Translations under genes and position numbers: made by a program
Notes under the pieces: model-generated
Databases searched by the model: none
What the model was told of the DNA's origin: nothing
What the model saw: the letters and a program-made list of their open reading frames with translations, nothing else
Shown here: piece by piece, positions 43,704-54,267 of the stretch
Position numbering within the stretch: the first letter of the stretch is position 1
How the letters are laid out: each line of letters begins with the position of its first letter
From: an uncultured Chloroflexia bacterium
GTDB lineage: Bacteria; Chloroflexota; Limnocylindria; Limnocylindrales; CSP1-4
DNA: 64,000 nt
NCBI GenBank assembly: GCA_963748625.1
Contig: CAVVJT010000010.1
Coordinates: forward strand, 992,001-1,056,000
Reading direction: 5' to 3'

Positions 43704-44879
43704 GTGAACCCGTTCGACCTTGTCGCGCTCCTCCTCCTGGTCCTCGCCGTCATGGCCGGGATCCGCACTGGCGCGCTCCCCCAGCTCGGCGGCATCAGCG
43801 GCGCGGTTGCCGGGCTCCTGCTCGTGCTCAACGCCGCGCCGTGGCTGATCGACGCCACCCGCGGCCTCGAGCCGATCCCGCGCGCCCTCGTCGTCCTGGG
43901 CGCGATCCTTGGCGCCGTGATCATCGGTGAGATGGTGGGCTCCGCGGCGGGCCGGGCGGCGGCGGGCTTCCTCGGGCCGGGCGTGCTCTCGGGCATGGAC
44001 CGGCTGGCCGGCGGCTTCGTCGGGGCGGCGCAGGCGATCCTCATCATCTGGCTCGCCGGTGGCCTCCTCGTGGCCGGGCCGTTCCCCACCCTGGCCGCCG
44101 AGGCGTCGAGCTCCACGGCCCTGCAGACCGCCGACGACTGGCTCCCGCCGCCCACCGAGATCATCGGCCAGATCGCGTCGGCGCTCGATGACACGGGCCT
44201 GCCGGATGTCTTCGTCGGTCTCGAGCCGATCCCCCTCCAGGCCGTGGACAGGCCTTCGACCACGGCTGCCGAGCGCATCGCCCAGGCTGCTGTCGGCGGC
44301 ACCGCGCGGGTGGTCGCCCTCGCCTGCGACTCGCAGATCGCGGGCACGGCGGTGCTGGTCGCGGACGACTACCTCGTGACGAACGCCCACGTCGTGGCGG
44401 GCGCGACCACGATCCGCGTGGCGCTGGGCGACCAGGTGCTCGACGGCACGGCGGTCCTCTTCGACCCCCACCTGGACGTGGCGGTCCTCCACGTGCGGGG
44501 CCTCGACGGCGACGTGCTCCGCTTCGCGGCGAGCGATCCGGCGCGCGGGACGGTGGGCGCCGCGGTCGGGTTCGCGGGGGGCGGGCCGATGGTCATCCTC
44601 CCGGCGGGCGTCGCCGGCCAGTACGCGGCGACCGGCCGCGACATCTACGGAACCACGCGCGTGACGCGCCAGGTCCTGGAACTGCGAGCGCGGATCGAGC
44701 CCGGCGACTCGGGAGGGCCGCTGGTGCTCGAGGACGGGATGATCGGCGGGCTGGTCTTCGCCGAGAGCAAGTCCGACCCGGATGTCGGCTATGCACTCAC
44801 ACCCACGGCGGTCGCCGTCGCGATGGCCCCCGCGATCGGGCGCACGGGGAGCGCGGACCTGGGGCCCTGCATCCGCTGA
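43704..44879 (+). CDS. MarP-like membrane serine protease (CvpA-like TM domain + trypsin domain)
   Basis: Four N-terminal TM helices, LVTNAHVVAG, DVAVL, PGDSGGPL, C-terminal Cys. Confidence 0.85.
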   Translation: MNPFDLVALLLLVLAVMAGIRTGALPQLGGISGAVAGLLLVLNAAPWLIDATRGLEPIPRALVVLGAILGAVIIGEMVGSAAGRAAAGFLGPGVLSGMDRLAGGFVGAAQAILIIWLAGGLLVAGPFPTLAAEASSSTALQTADDWLPPPTEIIGQIASALDDTGLPDVFVGLEPIPLQAVDRPSTTAAERIAQAAVGGTARVVALACDSQIAGTAVLVADDYLVTNAHVVAGATTIRVALGDQVLDGTAVLFDPHLDVAVLHVRGLDGDVLRFAASDPARGTVGAAVGFAGGGPMVILPAGVAGQYAATGRDIYGTTRVTRQVLELRARIEPGDSGGPLVLEDGMIGGLVFAESKSDPDVGYALTPTAVAVAMAPAIGRTGSADLGPCIR

Positions 44880-44921
44880 GGCGTTCGAGGCCGAGCTGCA
44901 ACCGGGGCTAGCATGAGCGCC

Positions 44922-46712
44922 ATGCCTGATGCCACCACGTCCCCGGACCGCTCCCTGCCGCCGGCCCTCGCCGCCCTCGCCGCCGACTACTGGGAGGCCT
45001 CGCTCGCACGCAACCCCGTCGGGGCCACTGCCCTCGGCGACAACCGGTACGGGGACCGGCTCGACGACCACTCGCCGGACGGGACGGCCGCCGCCCTGGC
45101 CGACCTCCAGGCGCAGGCCGACCGCCTGACCGCCATCCGCGAGGACGACACCTGGACCGGCGAGGCCCGCCTGACGCGCGCCGCCCTGGACGAGGCGATT
45201 GCGTCCGACACGCTCGACCTGCGCACCGGGCTTCGGGCCTGGAACGTGGACCCGATGGACGGCGTCCCGACGTCCCTGCTCGGCATCGCGGACTTCCAGC
45301 CGCTCGTCACCCCTGCCGACGGTGAGGCCATGGTGGCCCGCTGGCGCGCGATGGGCGCCTACACGGACACGTACCGGGCGAACCTGGAGCGCAGCCTGGC
45401 TGATGGGCTGGTCGCCTGCCACGCCCCGGCCGACCGGGTGCGCGCGATGCTGGCCGAGCTGCTGGCCGCCGACGATTCGACCTGGCCCTTGCTCGCGGCG
45501 CTGGCCGAGGCTGAAGCCACGGCCGCGGCCGGCGCCGACGTCACTGGCGCAAGCCCCCTCGCCACCTGGTCCCCGGCCGACCGCGACCGCTTCGCCAACG
45601 GGCTGCGCACCGCCGTCGCCGAGTCCATCCGCCCCGCCTTCGCCCGCCTCCACGTCACCCTCTCGGAGCGGATCCTGCCGGCCGCCCGCCCGAACGAGCG
45701 TCCCGGCCTCTGCCACATCGACGGCGGCCTCGACGCCTACCGCGGCCTCATCCGCGTGCACACCTCGCTCGACCTGACCCCCGACGAGCTGCACGCCACC
45801 GGCCTCGCCGAGATCGACCGGATCGACCGCGAGCTGACCGGGCTGGCTGCACGCACCATCGGCACCCGCACCCTGCCCGACGCCCTCGTCGCCCTCCGCT
45901 CGGACCCGGCCCTGTGTTTCGCCACCCGCGACGAGGTCCGCGCCAAGGCAGAGAGCAGCCTTGCGCGAGCGACCGAGGCGATCCCTGACTGGTTCGGGCG
46001 CCTGCCCATCGCGCCCTGCGAGGTCGTCGTCATGGGCGACCTCGAGTCCGAGCACTCGACCATCGCCTTCTACCGCCAGCCCGCCGTCGACGGTTCCCGG
46101 CCCGGCCAGTACTACATCAACACCTGGAAGCCCGAGACCCGGACCCGCTACGAGGCGGAAGTCCTCGCCTACCATGAGGCCATCCCGGGCCACCACCTCC
46201 AGATCGCCATCGGCCAGGAGCTCGCGATCGAGGCCGAGTTCCGGCGCCACCTCGGGCCCACCGCGTTCTTCGAGGGCTGGGGCCTGTACACCGAGCGCCT
46301 GTCCGACGAGATGGGCCTCTACTCCGGGGACCTCGACCGCATCGGCGTCCTGTCGTTCGACGCGTGGCGGGCCTCGCGGCTCGTGGTGGACACCGGCATG
46401 CACGCATTCGGCTGGTCGCGCCGGCAGGCGATCGACTTCATGCTGGAGCACACGGCCCTCGCCGAGAACAACATCGTCAACGAGGTGGACCGCTACATCA
46501 CGACGCCCGGTCAGGCCCTCGCGTACAAGACCGGCCAGCTGGAGCTGCTCCGCCTGCGCACCGAGGCCCGCACCGCGCTCGGTCCGCGCTTCGACATCCG
46601 CGCCTTCCACGACACGGTGCTCGGCAGCGGCGCCGTCTCGCTGCCCGTCCTGCGCTCGATGGTGGAGGCATGGGTCGCCGGGGTCCTTGGCGGGGTGCCC
46701 GGCGAGGCCTGA
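44922..46712 (+). CDS. DUF885 family protein (putative metallopeptidase)
   Basis: [33 protein letters not shown]...[10 protein letters not shown]. Confidence 0.9.
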   Translation: MPDATTSPDRSLPPALAALAADYWEASLARNPVGATALGDNRYGDRLDDHSPDGTAAALADLQAQADRLTAIREDDTWTGEARLTRAALDEAIASDTLDLRTGLRAWNVDPMDGVPTSLLGIADFQPLVTPADGEAMVARWRAMGAYTDTYRANLERSLADGLVACHAPADRVRAMLAELLAADDSTWPLLAALAEAEATAAAGADVTGASPLATWSPADRDRFANGLRTAVAESIRPAFARLHVTLSERILPAARPNERPGLCHIDGGLDAYRGLIRVHTSLDLTPDELHATGLAEIDRIDRELTGLAARTIGTRTLPDALVALRSDPALCFATRDEVRAKAESSLARATEAIPDWFGRLPIAPCEVVVMGDLESEHSTIAFYRQPAVDGSRPGQYYINTWKPETRTRYEAEVLAYHEAIPGHHLQIAIGQELAIEAEFRRHLGPTAFFEGWGLYTERLSDEMGLYSGDLDRIGVLSFDAWRASRLVVDTGMHAFGWSRRQAIDFMLEHTALAENNIVNEVDRYITTPGQALAYKTGQLELLRLRTEARTALGPRFDIRAFHDTVLGSGAVSLPVLRSMVEAWVAGVLGGVPGEA

Positions 46713-46757
46713 ACGTCGTCCCCGGCGAGGCCTGAACGTCGTCCCCGGCGGGGCCTG
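46698..46757. repeat. 23-bp tandem duplication spanning the DUF885 stop codon (about 2.5 copies)
   Basis: cccggcgaggcctgaacgtcgtc x2 plus a partial cccggcggggcctg. Confidence 0.85.
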
Positions 46758-46959
46758 CTCGCGGTCAAGTCGTGCGCCTTGCGGGCTGGTGCCACGACGG
46801 CCGCGGTCGCAGGTGATCCGCGCCCGCCACGGCGTGGCACCCGGACCCGCCGATGCGTGGCACGGGCGTGGCACCCGACGCCGTGCACGCGCGATACTGG
46901 AGCACCGACTCCGCCTGCAGCCCCCGCCGAGCGTCACCGCACCCCACCCCGAGGATTCC

Positions 46960-48714
46960 ATGGCCGCCGATCGCCCGCTCCCCTACTCCCGCCCCGCCGA
47001 TCCCGGCAAGCGGCACAGCCACGCGCTGACCGACGGCCCCGACCGCGCCGCCGCGCGCGCCATGCTCAAGGCGGTCGGCTTCACGGACGACGACCTGGCC
47101 CGGCCGATCGTCGGCGTCGCGACGACCTGGATCGAGACCATGCCCTGCAACCTCAACCAGCGCAGGCTTGCCGAGTTCGTGAAGGAGGGCATCCGGACAG
47201 CGGGCGGCACGCCGATGGAGTTCGGCACGATCTCCGTGTCGGACGGCGTCTCGATGGGCACGGAGGGCATGAAGGCCAGCCTCATCAGCCGCGAGGTCAT
47301 CGCGGACTCGATCGAGCTGGTGGCGCGGGGCCACCTGTTCGACGGGCTGGTCGTGCTCGTGGGCTGCGACAAGACCATCCCGGCTGGCGCCATGGCGCTC
47401 GGCCGCCTCGACATCCCGGGGCTCGTCCTCTACAACGGCACGATCATGCCCGGCACCTACAAGGGCCAGCCGGCCGACGTCGTGACCGTGTTCGAGGCCA
47501 TCGGCGCCTACCGCGCGGGCAAGATCACGCTCGAGGAGCTGTACGACGCGGAGAACGGTGCCTGCCCGGGTGCCGGCGCCTGCGGCGGCCAGTTCACGGC
47601 CAACACCATGTCGATGTTCCTCGAGCTCCTGGGCCTGTCGCCCGCGGGCCTCAACGGCATCCCGGCCGAGGACCCCAAGAAGGATGAGGCCGCCCGCAAG
47701 GCCGGCGAGCTCGTCATGACGCTCGTCCACCATGACATCCGCCCGTCGTCGATCGTGACCCGCAACTCCGTCGAGAACGCGGTCGCGGGCGTGGCCGCCA
47801 CCGGCGGGTCCACCAACGCCGTGCTCCACACCCCGGCCATCGCCGCCGAGTTCGGCATCGCCTGGAGCGTGGACGACTTTGCCGCCGTCGCGGACCGCAC
47901 CCCGCTCATCGGCGACATGCGCCCCGGCGGCCGCTACCTCGCGGCTGACCTGTATGAGGCTGGCGGCGTCGCCATCGTGGCCAAGGAGCTCATGAAGCAG
48001 GGCCTCCTCCATGGCGAGGAGCACACCGTGGACGGGCGCACGATCGCGAGGATCGCCGCCGACGCCGTGGCCACCGAAGGCCAGCAGGTGGTCAAACCGA
48101 TCGAGACGCCGATCAAGCCGTTCGGCGGGCTCACCATCCTCAAGGGTTCGCTCGCCCCTGAGGGCTGCGTGGTGAAGCTGGCCGGCCACGAGCGTCGCTC
48201 GCACCAGGGTCCGGCGCGCGTGTTCGACAGCGAGCACGCCTGCTTCCTCGCCGTCCAGGACCGCCGGATCAACGAGGGCGATGTCGTCGTGATCCGGTAC
48301 GAGGGCCCCGTCGGCGGTCCCGGCATGCAGGAGATGCTCTCGGTCACGGGCGCCATCCAGGGCCAGGGCATCGGCGAGGGGGTCGCGCTCATCACCGACG
48401 GCCGGTTCTCCGGCGGCACCCACGGGCTGATGATCGGGCACGTGGCCCCCGAGGCCGCCGTGGGCGGGCCGATCGCGCTGATCGAGGAGGGCGACATCAT
48501 CACGGTCGACGTGGACGCGAAGGAGCTCAACCTCGAGGTCGCCCCCGAGGTGCTCGCCGAGCGCCGCGCCCGCTGGACGCCGCCGGCGCCGCGCTACACG
48601 AGCGGTGTGTTCGCCAAGTACGCCGCGTTGGTCTCGTCGGCGTCCGAGGGCGCGATCACGAGCGGCGCGCCACTCCGCCGGGCGCTGGCGGCCCGCGCCA
48701 GCGATGTGAAGTAG
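46960..48714 (+). CDS. ilvD: Dihydroxy-acid dehydratase
   Basis: [52 protein letters not shown]. Confidence 0.95.
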   Translation: MAADRPLPYSRPADPGKRHSHALTDGPDRAAARAMLKAVGFTDDDLARPIVGVATTWIETMPCNLNQRRLAEFVKEGIRTAGGTPMEFGTISVSDGVSMGTEGMKASLISREVIADSIELVARGHLFDGLVVLVGCDKTIPAGAMALGRLDIPGLVLYNGTIMPGTYKGQPADVVTVFEAIGAYRAGKITLEELYDAENGACPGAGACGGQFTANTMSMFLELLGLSPAGLNGIPAEDPKKDEAARKAGELVMTLVHHDIRPSSIVTRNSVENAVAGVAATGGSTNAVLHTPAIAAEFGIAWSVDDFAAVADRTPLIGDMRPGGRYLAADLYEAGGVAIVAKELMKQGLLHGEEHTVDGRTIARIAADAVATEGQQVVKPIETPIKPFGGLTILKGSLAPEGCVVKLAGHERRSHQGPARVFDSEHACFLAVQDRRINEGDVVVIRYEGPVGGPGMQEMLSVTGAIQGQGIGEGVALITDGRFSGGTHGLMIGHVAPEAAVGGPIALIEEGDIITVDVDAKELNLEVAPEVLAERRARWTPPAPRYTSGVFAKYAALVSSASEGAITSGAPLRRALAARASDVK

Positions 48715-48730
48715 CGTCAGGACGCGATCG

Positions 48731-49624
48731 ATGGGGCTGCGGCTCTCGTTCAAGACGTCGCCGCAGCGGGTCGACTGGGCCACGCTCGATGCGACCTGGA
48801 CGCTCGCCGGCGAGCTGGGCGGCTGGGACGGCGCGTGGCTCAACGACCACCTGACCGACGTGAACCCGGACATGCCGGGTGCGTCGCTCGAGGCGTTCAC
48901 GCTCGCGGCGGCGCTGGCCCACCGGGTGCCCGGCGTACGCATCGGCCACGGCGTGCTGTCGAACACGTTCCGCCACCCGGTCCTGGTCGCGAAGGCGGCG
49001 ATCGTGATGGACCACGCGACCCGCGGTCACTTCGCGGTGGGCCTTGGCGCGGGCTGGTTCGAGGGCGAGCACGAGCCGTTCGGGATACCTCTGCAGCCCA
49101 TCGGGGAGCGGATCAGCCGGCTCATCTCTGCGGTCGAGGTGATGCAGGCGCTCTGGTCGCCGGCCGCCGCCACCCCGCCCGGCGTCACGCGCGGGGACCC
49201 CTTCTACCCGCTCGACGGCGCCGTCTGCGCGCCCGGCCCGTTCACGCCAGGCGGGCCGCCCGTGATCCTCGGCGGGCAGAGGCCGCGGGGGATCGCGCTT
49301 GCCGCACGCAGGGCAGCGGGCTGGATCCTCACCGGCACCGAGGCCGGGCAGGTGGACTACTTCATCGAGAAGCGGGACATGCTGCGACGCGCGCTCGAGG
49401 CCGAAGGGCGGAACCCGGCGGGCTTCGAGCTCATCGGGCAGGTCCACTGCGCCGATGATGCGCCGTCGCGCACGACGGCCCTGGCGCGAGCCCGTGACAT
49501 GGTCGCCGCCGGCGCGACCGAGATGGTGATCGGCGTGCCGGCCGCCCTCGGGCCGTCGGTGCTGGAGCAGGCCTGGCGCGACGTGTACCTCCCCCTCCGC
49601 GCCGAGTTCGGGCCAGCCGTCTGA
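48731..49624 (+). CDS. LLM class (luciferase-like) flavin-dependent oxidoreductase
   Basis: WLNDH, FRHPVLVAK, GLGAGWFEGEH, PVILGG. Confidence 0.88.
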   Translation: MGLRLSFKTSPQRVDWATLDATWTLAGELGGWDGAWLNDHLTDVNPDMPGASLEAFTLAAALAHRVPGVRIGHGVLSNTFRHPVLVAKAAIVMDHATRGHFAVGLGAGWFEGEHEPFGIPLQPIGERISRLISAVEVMQALWSPAAATPPGVTRGDPFYPLDGAVCAPGPFTPGGPPVILGGQRPRGIALAARRAAGWILTGTEAGQVDYFIEKRDMLRRALEAEGRNPAGFELIGQVHCADDAPSRTTALARARDMVAAGATEMVIGVPAALGPSVLEQAWRDVYLPLRAEFGPAV

Positions 49625-49641
49625 ACCGGGAGGAGCGATCC

Positions 49642-50589
49642 GTGCGACTGGCAGTCCATCCCCTCGCGGCTGACGACACACCGGGCATCAGGCTGTATGC
49701 GGAGCTGCGCACCTCCATCACGCCCGATGACGCGGACAGCGTGAGCAACGCGGCCTGGGAGGACGCCACGTACCCGGGGCAGGTCGTGCGGCTCCTCGCG
49801 ACGGTCGATGGCGCACCGGTCGCCACGGCCACCACGGGGCGCCTCCACATCTTCGGACCGCAGCATCCCGCCTACTACGTCGGCTGCTGGGTCCTGCCCG
49901 AGTGGCGGCGGCGGGGGATCGGGACATCGCTGGTCGACTCGGCGGCCGAAGTGGCGCGCCGGGCCGGCAAGACAGGGTTCCAGACCTGGGTCTCCGAGGA
50001 CCGGGTCGAGGGCGTGGCCTTCCTGCGCCACCGCGGTTTCGAGGTCATCGGCCGGGACAAGATCGTCGGCATGAGGCTCGAGGGCATGGCCGCCCCCGAC
50101 CCGGCCCCGCCCGCGGGGTTCGCCATCGTGCCGCTTGCCGGTCGCCCCGACCTTGTCCCGGGCGTCCACCAGGTGGCAGTCGAGGCGTTCCCGGCGATTC
50201 CGTCGGCGACGCCGATCGACCCCGGTCCGCTCGAGGAGTTCATGGCCCGAGACATCGATCACGCCGGCATTCCGCCCGAGACCTTCGCCGTGGCCATCGA
50301 GCTGGCGACGGGCCAGGTCGCAGGGTACGCAAGCCTGAAGCTCGCAACCGCTGTCCCGGGGCTCGCCTACCACGACATGACCGCGGTTCGGCCGGCGTAC
50401 CGGGGGCGGGGTCTCGCGGGGGCGCTCAAACGGGCGACCATCGCGTGGGCGATCGCGGCCGGGATCCGCGAGCTGCGCACCGGCAATGACGAGGCCAACG
50501 CGGCGATGCGGGCCGTCAACGCGAGGCTGGGCTACCTGCCGCGGCCCGACTACCTCGCGATGCGCGGCCCGCTCAGGCCCGAGCGCTGA
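49642..50589 (+). CDS. Tandem GNAT family N-acetyltransferase
   Basis: Two acetyl-CoA motifs: VLPEWRRRGIG and VRPAYRGRGLA...NAAMRAVNARLGY. Confidence 0.88.
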   Translation: MRLAVHPLAADDTPGIRLYAELRTSITPDDADSVSNAAWEDATYPGQVVRLLATVDGAPVATATTGRLHIFGPQHPAYYVGCWVLPEWRRRGIGTSLVDSAAEVARRAGKTGFQTWVSEDRVEGVAFLRHRGFEVIGRDKIVGMRLEGMAAPDPAPPAGFAIVPLAGRPDLVPGVHQVAVEAFPAIPSATPIDPGPLEEFMARDIDHAGIPPETFAVAIELATGQVAGYASLKLATAVPGLAYHDMTAVRPAYRGRGLAGALKRATIAWAIAAGIRELRTGNDEANAAMRAVNARLGYLPRPDYLAMRGPLRPER

Positions 50590-50875
50590 CCGTCGCCCCA
50601 CATCTGCCAGTACCCACGGCCGCACGGCCGCAATCAGACCGTGCGTCTGCGAATCGTCGGCGGCCGCGGCCGTGAGACGCCGATTCGTGCCGTAACTGCC
50701 GGAACCGTGGACGTGGCGTCCGCGTTTCGTGGCCGCAGACGCCTGTCAGCCCTGGGCAGCGAGACTTCACAGACGCCGCGTCCACCCGGCGGTACCGACC
50801 CGGCCGACGCAGCCGGACCCAACCTTCCGCGCCGGGCCCGATCGGGCAACCGGCGCGAGCGGCATACTTCGCGTC

Positions 50876-51940
50876 GTGACCATCGATCTCAACGGCATCC
50901 GCCTGCGCAACCGCCTGCTCACGAGCGCCAGCCTTCTCGGCTACGGGGCCGGGAAGAACCGTCTGATCCTCTACGGCCTGTCACCCATCGCCCAGTGGGT
51001 GCCGCTCGAGCGGTTCGGCGCGGTCACCACGCGCACGGTCACACTCGCGCCGCGGGAAGGCCACTTCACCCTCAAGGAGGACTGGACGCTCCGCGAGTTC
51101 CCGGAGATGCTCCGCCTCTACGGCCGCGCGCTCCACCGCGTGGACTCGGGCTGGCTCAACGCCTTCGGCTGGTCGAACATCGGCATCGACCGCTACTTCG
51201 ACGAGTACTTCCCCAAGACTGCGAGGCTCAACCGTATCGTCAGCGTCGGCGGCTTCAGCCCCGATGAGGTCGAGCAGCTCGTGGACATCGTCAACGAGCG
51301 CGCGCGGCCCGGCGAGATCGCCGCGATCGAGCTCAACGCCTCCTGCCACAACGTCAACTTCCCGTTCGCCACGATCCTGGAGGAGGCCCTCGCCCGCGCC
51401 GTCAGGACCAGCCGCCACCCGATCATCCTCAAGGTCAGCCCCGACGAGGACTACAGGTGGCAGGCCGGCCTCGCCCAGCGCTACGGCGCCGCCGCGGTCA
51501 CGGCCATCAACACCGTGAAGGGCCTGCGCCTGCACCCCGACACCGGCGAGCCGTACCTCAAGAACCGCTACGGCGCGATCTCCGGGCGCGCGATCAAGCC
51601 CATCGGCCTGCGCGTCGTCGCCGAGCTGCGTGATGCCGGCTTCAAGCTCCCGATCATCGCCAACGGCGGCATCTCCACGTACGACGACTGCCGCGAGTAC
51701 TTCTGGGCCGGCGCCGACGCCGTGAGCCTGGGCTCCGCCGTCTGGCTCAAGCCGATGCCGCTCTACGCCCTCGGGCCGCTCGAGGGCCTGCGGATCCGGC
51801 GCCTGATCGACAGGGTCGCCCGGTACACACCGCCCGCCACCGCGCCCCACTGGGAGCCCGGAACCACGCCCGATCCGGAGCCCGGGCCCGCGCGGATCCG
51901 GCTCGTCCCACGGTCCGGCTCGGGCCGCCCCGTCCCGTGA
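50876..51940 (+). CDS. Divergent class 1 dihydroorotate dehydrogenase-like FMN enzyme
   Basis: LNGIRLRN, NAFG, ELNASCHN, LKVSP, AINT, ISGRAIKPIGL, IIANGGI, GADAVSLGSA. Confidence 0.75.
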   Translation: MTIDLNGIRLRNRLLTSASLLGYGAGKNRLILYGLSPIAQWVPLERFGAVTTRTVTLAPREGHFTLKEDWTLREFPEMLRLYGRALHRVDSGWLNAFGWSNIGIDRYFDEYFPKTARLNRIVSVGGFSPDEVEQLVDIVNERARPGEIAAIELNASCHNVNFPFATILEEALARAVRTSRHPIILKVSPDEDYRWQAGLAQRYGAAAVTAINTVKGLRLHPDTGEPYLKNRYGAISGRAIKPIGLRVVAELRDAGFKLPIIANGGISTYDDCREYFWAGADAVSLGSAVWLKPMPLYALGPLEGLRIRRLIDRVARYTPPATAPHWEPGTTPDPEPGPARIRLVPRSGSGRPVP

Positions 51941-52986
51941 CGTCGCCCCGGCCATCCGGCCCCGCGATCCTGCCCCGGGTCGCGGTCGTCACCACCGGCG
52001 GCACCATCGATTCTGTCGGGGCGGACCGCCTGGACCTCGCGGCCTACCTTGAGACCGGCGTCCGCCTGGAGCCCGGCGCCCTGCTCGAGGGCATCGCCCC
52101 GGAGCTCGCGACCATCGCGGATGTCGTGGAGGTCCCCTTCCGGCGCCTCAGGGCCCACGCGATGACCGACGCCGACCTGGCCGACCTGGCCGATGGCATC
52201 CGACGCCTGCTCGATGCCGACGGGGCCGGAGGGCCGGCCGCAGTCGATGGGGTCGTCGTCACCCACGGTACCAACACCCTCGAGGAGACCGCGTGGCTCC
52301 TCCAGCTGGTGATCGCCACCGAGCGCCCGATCGCCATCACCGGCGCCATGCGTCCTGCCTCCGCGCTCTCCGGTGACGGTCCGCTGAACCTGGTGAACGC
52401 CGTCCGGGTCGCGGCATCGGAACACGCGCGCCGCCTCGGCGTTCTCGTGGTGCTCGACGACACCATCCACGCCGCCCGCGATGTCACCAAGTCCGACACG
52501 CTCCGCGTCCACGCCTTCCGCGACGGAGCGGCCGGACCCCTGGGCTGGATCGACGGCGACGGCCGGCTGACCCTCGCCCACCTGCCCGCCCGCGGCTGGC
52601 AGCTCGAGGGCCGGTTCGCCGGCGCCGACCTCCGCACCCTCCCCCGTGTCGACATCGTCGCCACCTACCAGGGGGCCGACGGCGCGCTGGTCGATGCCGC
52701 CGTGGCCGCCGGCGCCAAGGGCATCGTGAGCGCAGGCACCGGCGCGGGCTACCCGACCGATCGCGAGGTCGAGGCGCTCGAGCGCGCGTCCGCCACCGGC
52801 GTCGCCGTCGTCCAGGCGTCGCGCGTGGGCGCCGGCCGCGTCCCGCCGACCCCGTCGCTCGCCCGCCGCGGCTGGATCGCCGCGGGCGACCTCAACCCCT
52901 GGAAGACCCGGATCCTGCTCCGTCTCGCACTCGCCATCGGCATCGCGGACGCTGCCGGCCTCCAGGCGCTCTTCGACGAGGCCTGA
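51937..52986 (+). CDS. Asparaginase/glutaminase family protein
   Basis: TTGGTI, THGTNTLEETA, ITGAMRP, DGPLNL. GTGA overlap with the upstream gene. Confidence 0.88.
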   Translation: MTSPRPSGPAILPRVAVVTTGGTIDSVGADRLDLAAYLETGVRLEPGALLEGIAPELATIADVVEVPFRRLRAHAMTDADLADLADGIRRLLDADGAGGPAAVDGVVVTHGTNTLEETAWLLQLVIATERPIAITGAMRPASALSGDGPLNLVNAVRVAASEHARRLGVLVVLDDTIHAARDVTKSDTLRVHAFRDGAAGPLGWIDGDGRLTLAHLPARGWQLEGRFAGADLRTLPRVDIVATYQGADGALVDAAVAAGAKGIVSAGTGAGYPTDREVEALERASATGVAVVQASRVGAGRVPPTPSLARRGWIAAGDLNPWKTRILLRLALAIGIADAAGLQALFDEA

Positions 52987-52995
52987 TCCGCGCGA

Positions 52996-53838
52996 TCACC
53001 GCCTCACCTCCACCTCGACGGGAGTCCGCTCCCCTGCCGCGAGCGTGACCGACCAGGGCAGCGGCCCGCTCGTCGCGTACGCGGCCACGGCGCGCTGGAG
53101 CAACTCGACGTCGAACGGCCAGGTCAGTCCGCCGAACGAGAGTTGGACCGCGCCGCCCGGGATCGCCTCATTGATCATCGGGACGGATAGCACGTCGCCG
53201 TCCAGGGTCAGAGCGAAGTAGCCGCCCACGTGCGCTGCGGTGTAGTCGGCGAACGCCGCCGCCGCCTCCTCGGTGAACGCGATCTCGACCACGGGCAGCC
53301 CTGTCTGGTCCTCCGCGATCGACCCTGCCGCGAACCCGTCAGGGCCGATCAGCACCTCGACGGACGCGACATCGATCGTGTCGCCCGGCTCTGGAAGCCC
53401 GGCCGAGCTCATGCCCAGGGGGACGATCGAGAGCCCGCCCTCCGTCACCAGCATGGCTTCCAGCGCCCCGAGCAGCTCGACGCTGGCAGGATCGATGGGC
53501 AGGTCCATGGTGAGCATGTCGCCGTCCGCGTTGAGCGGTGTCGTCCCGTAGCCGGCAGCGTCAAGGCGCTCGCGCAGGGTCCCCGTCACCTCGCGCATCT
53601 CAGCGCCCGACGGTGAGCCACCGTCGGCGCGCCGGACGGTCAGCCTGACCCGCGTCCCAGCCATCACCTGGGGCGTCGAGACCGGCGCCATCGTCGCGGA
53701 TGCGTCGCCCACCAAGCGGATGACCGATGCCCCTCCGAGGACCGCGATCACGCCCGCCGCGGCGACCGCGAGCACGACTGCCGGCCTCCGCCATCGCGGA
53801 TGCGAGCCGGCGCGTCCGTGCGCCTCCCCGTTGCCCAT
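52996..53838 (-). CDS. Membrane-anchored protein with SecD/SecF P1-head-like domain
   Basis: N-terminal TM, then PVVEIAFTEEAAAAFADYT...ALTLDGDVLSVPMINEAIPGG. Confidence 0.6.
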   Translation of the reverse strand: MGNGEAHGRAGSHPRWRRPAVVLAVAAAGVIAVLGGASVIRLVGDASATMAPVSTPQVMAGTRVRLTVRRADGGSPSGAEMREVTGTLRERLDAAGYGTTPLNADGDMLTMDLPIDPASVELLGALEAMLVTEGGLSIVPLGMSSAGLPEPGDTIDVASVEVLIGPDGFAAGSIAEDQTGLPVVEIAFTEEAAAAFADYTAAHVGGYFALTLDGDVLSVPMINEAIPGGAVQLSFGGLTWPFDVELLQRAVAAYATSGPLPWSVTLAAGERTPVEVEVRR

Positions 53839-53959
53839 GGCAGATCCCCTCCGTTCATGCCCGGCCAGACGACAACGCGTCTGCGACGTTCAAGGATCGC
53901 ATGGCCCGGAGCGAACGCATCCCAACTGCGTTGCGACCCAGCCGCGTGTCGAATCGGCC

Positions 53960-54205
53960 GTCAGTGAGCAGGGCTGCGTACAGGTCGTGCGCTGTGGCGC
54001 CTGAGCTCTGCACGCTGTTGAGCGCAGCAACACATGTCTGGGTCGGGCACTTGATGCGGACCACGCACGCAACGCCGGTCAACCAGATCGCCAGGTCGGT
54101 GAAGGCTCGGCTGGTCAGACGGGGCACCAGGGAGGCACTCAAGGCGTGGCGTTCCCGGAGCGTGCGTCGCAGGCGCTGGTACAGGAACCCCCTGAACGGG
54201 GCCCC
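53960..54205 (+). ncRNA. Candidate structured non-coding RNA (unassigned)
   Basis: Nested complementary segments, some needing G-U pairs on the + strand. Two hairpins share an identical AGGTC loop (see findings). Confidence 0.3.
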
Positions 54206-54267
54206 AACCCGGCCATGACCATCGGCGGTTACCGGGCAGCCACCAGTCACCCCGCTCGTGGCAAGGT

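Noticed and set aside
43674-46961. Very long antisense ORFs (e.g. 1095 aa here; 18898..21237; 54427..56712)
   Set aside because: These are shadow frames of well-supported genes, expected in high-GC DNA, and carry no recognisable motifs.
53960-54250. Known riboswitch, SRP, 6S or tmRNA identity for the structured region
   Set aside because: Fragments resemble SAM-IV, ZTP or SRP words, but not in the required order or spacing; left unassigned.
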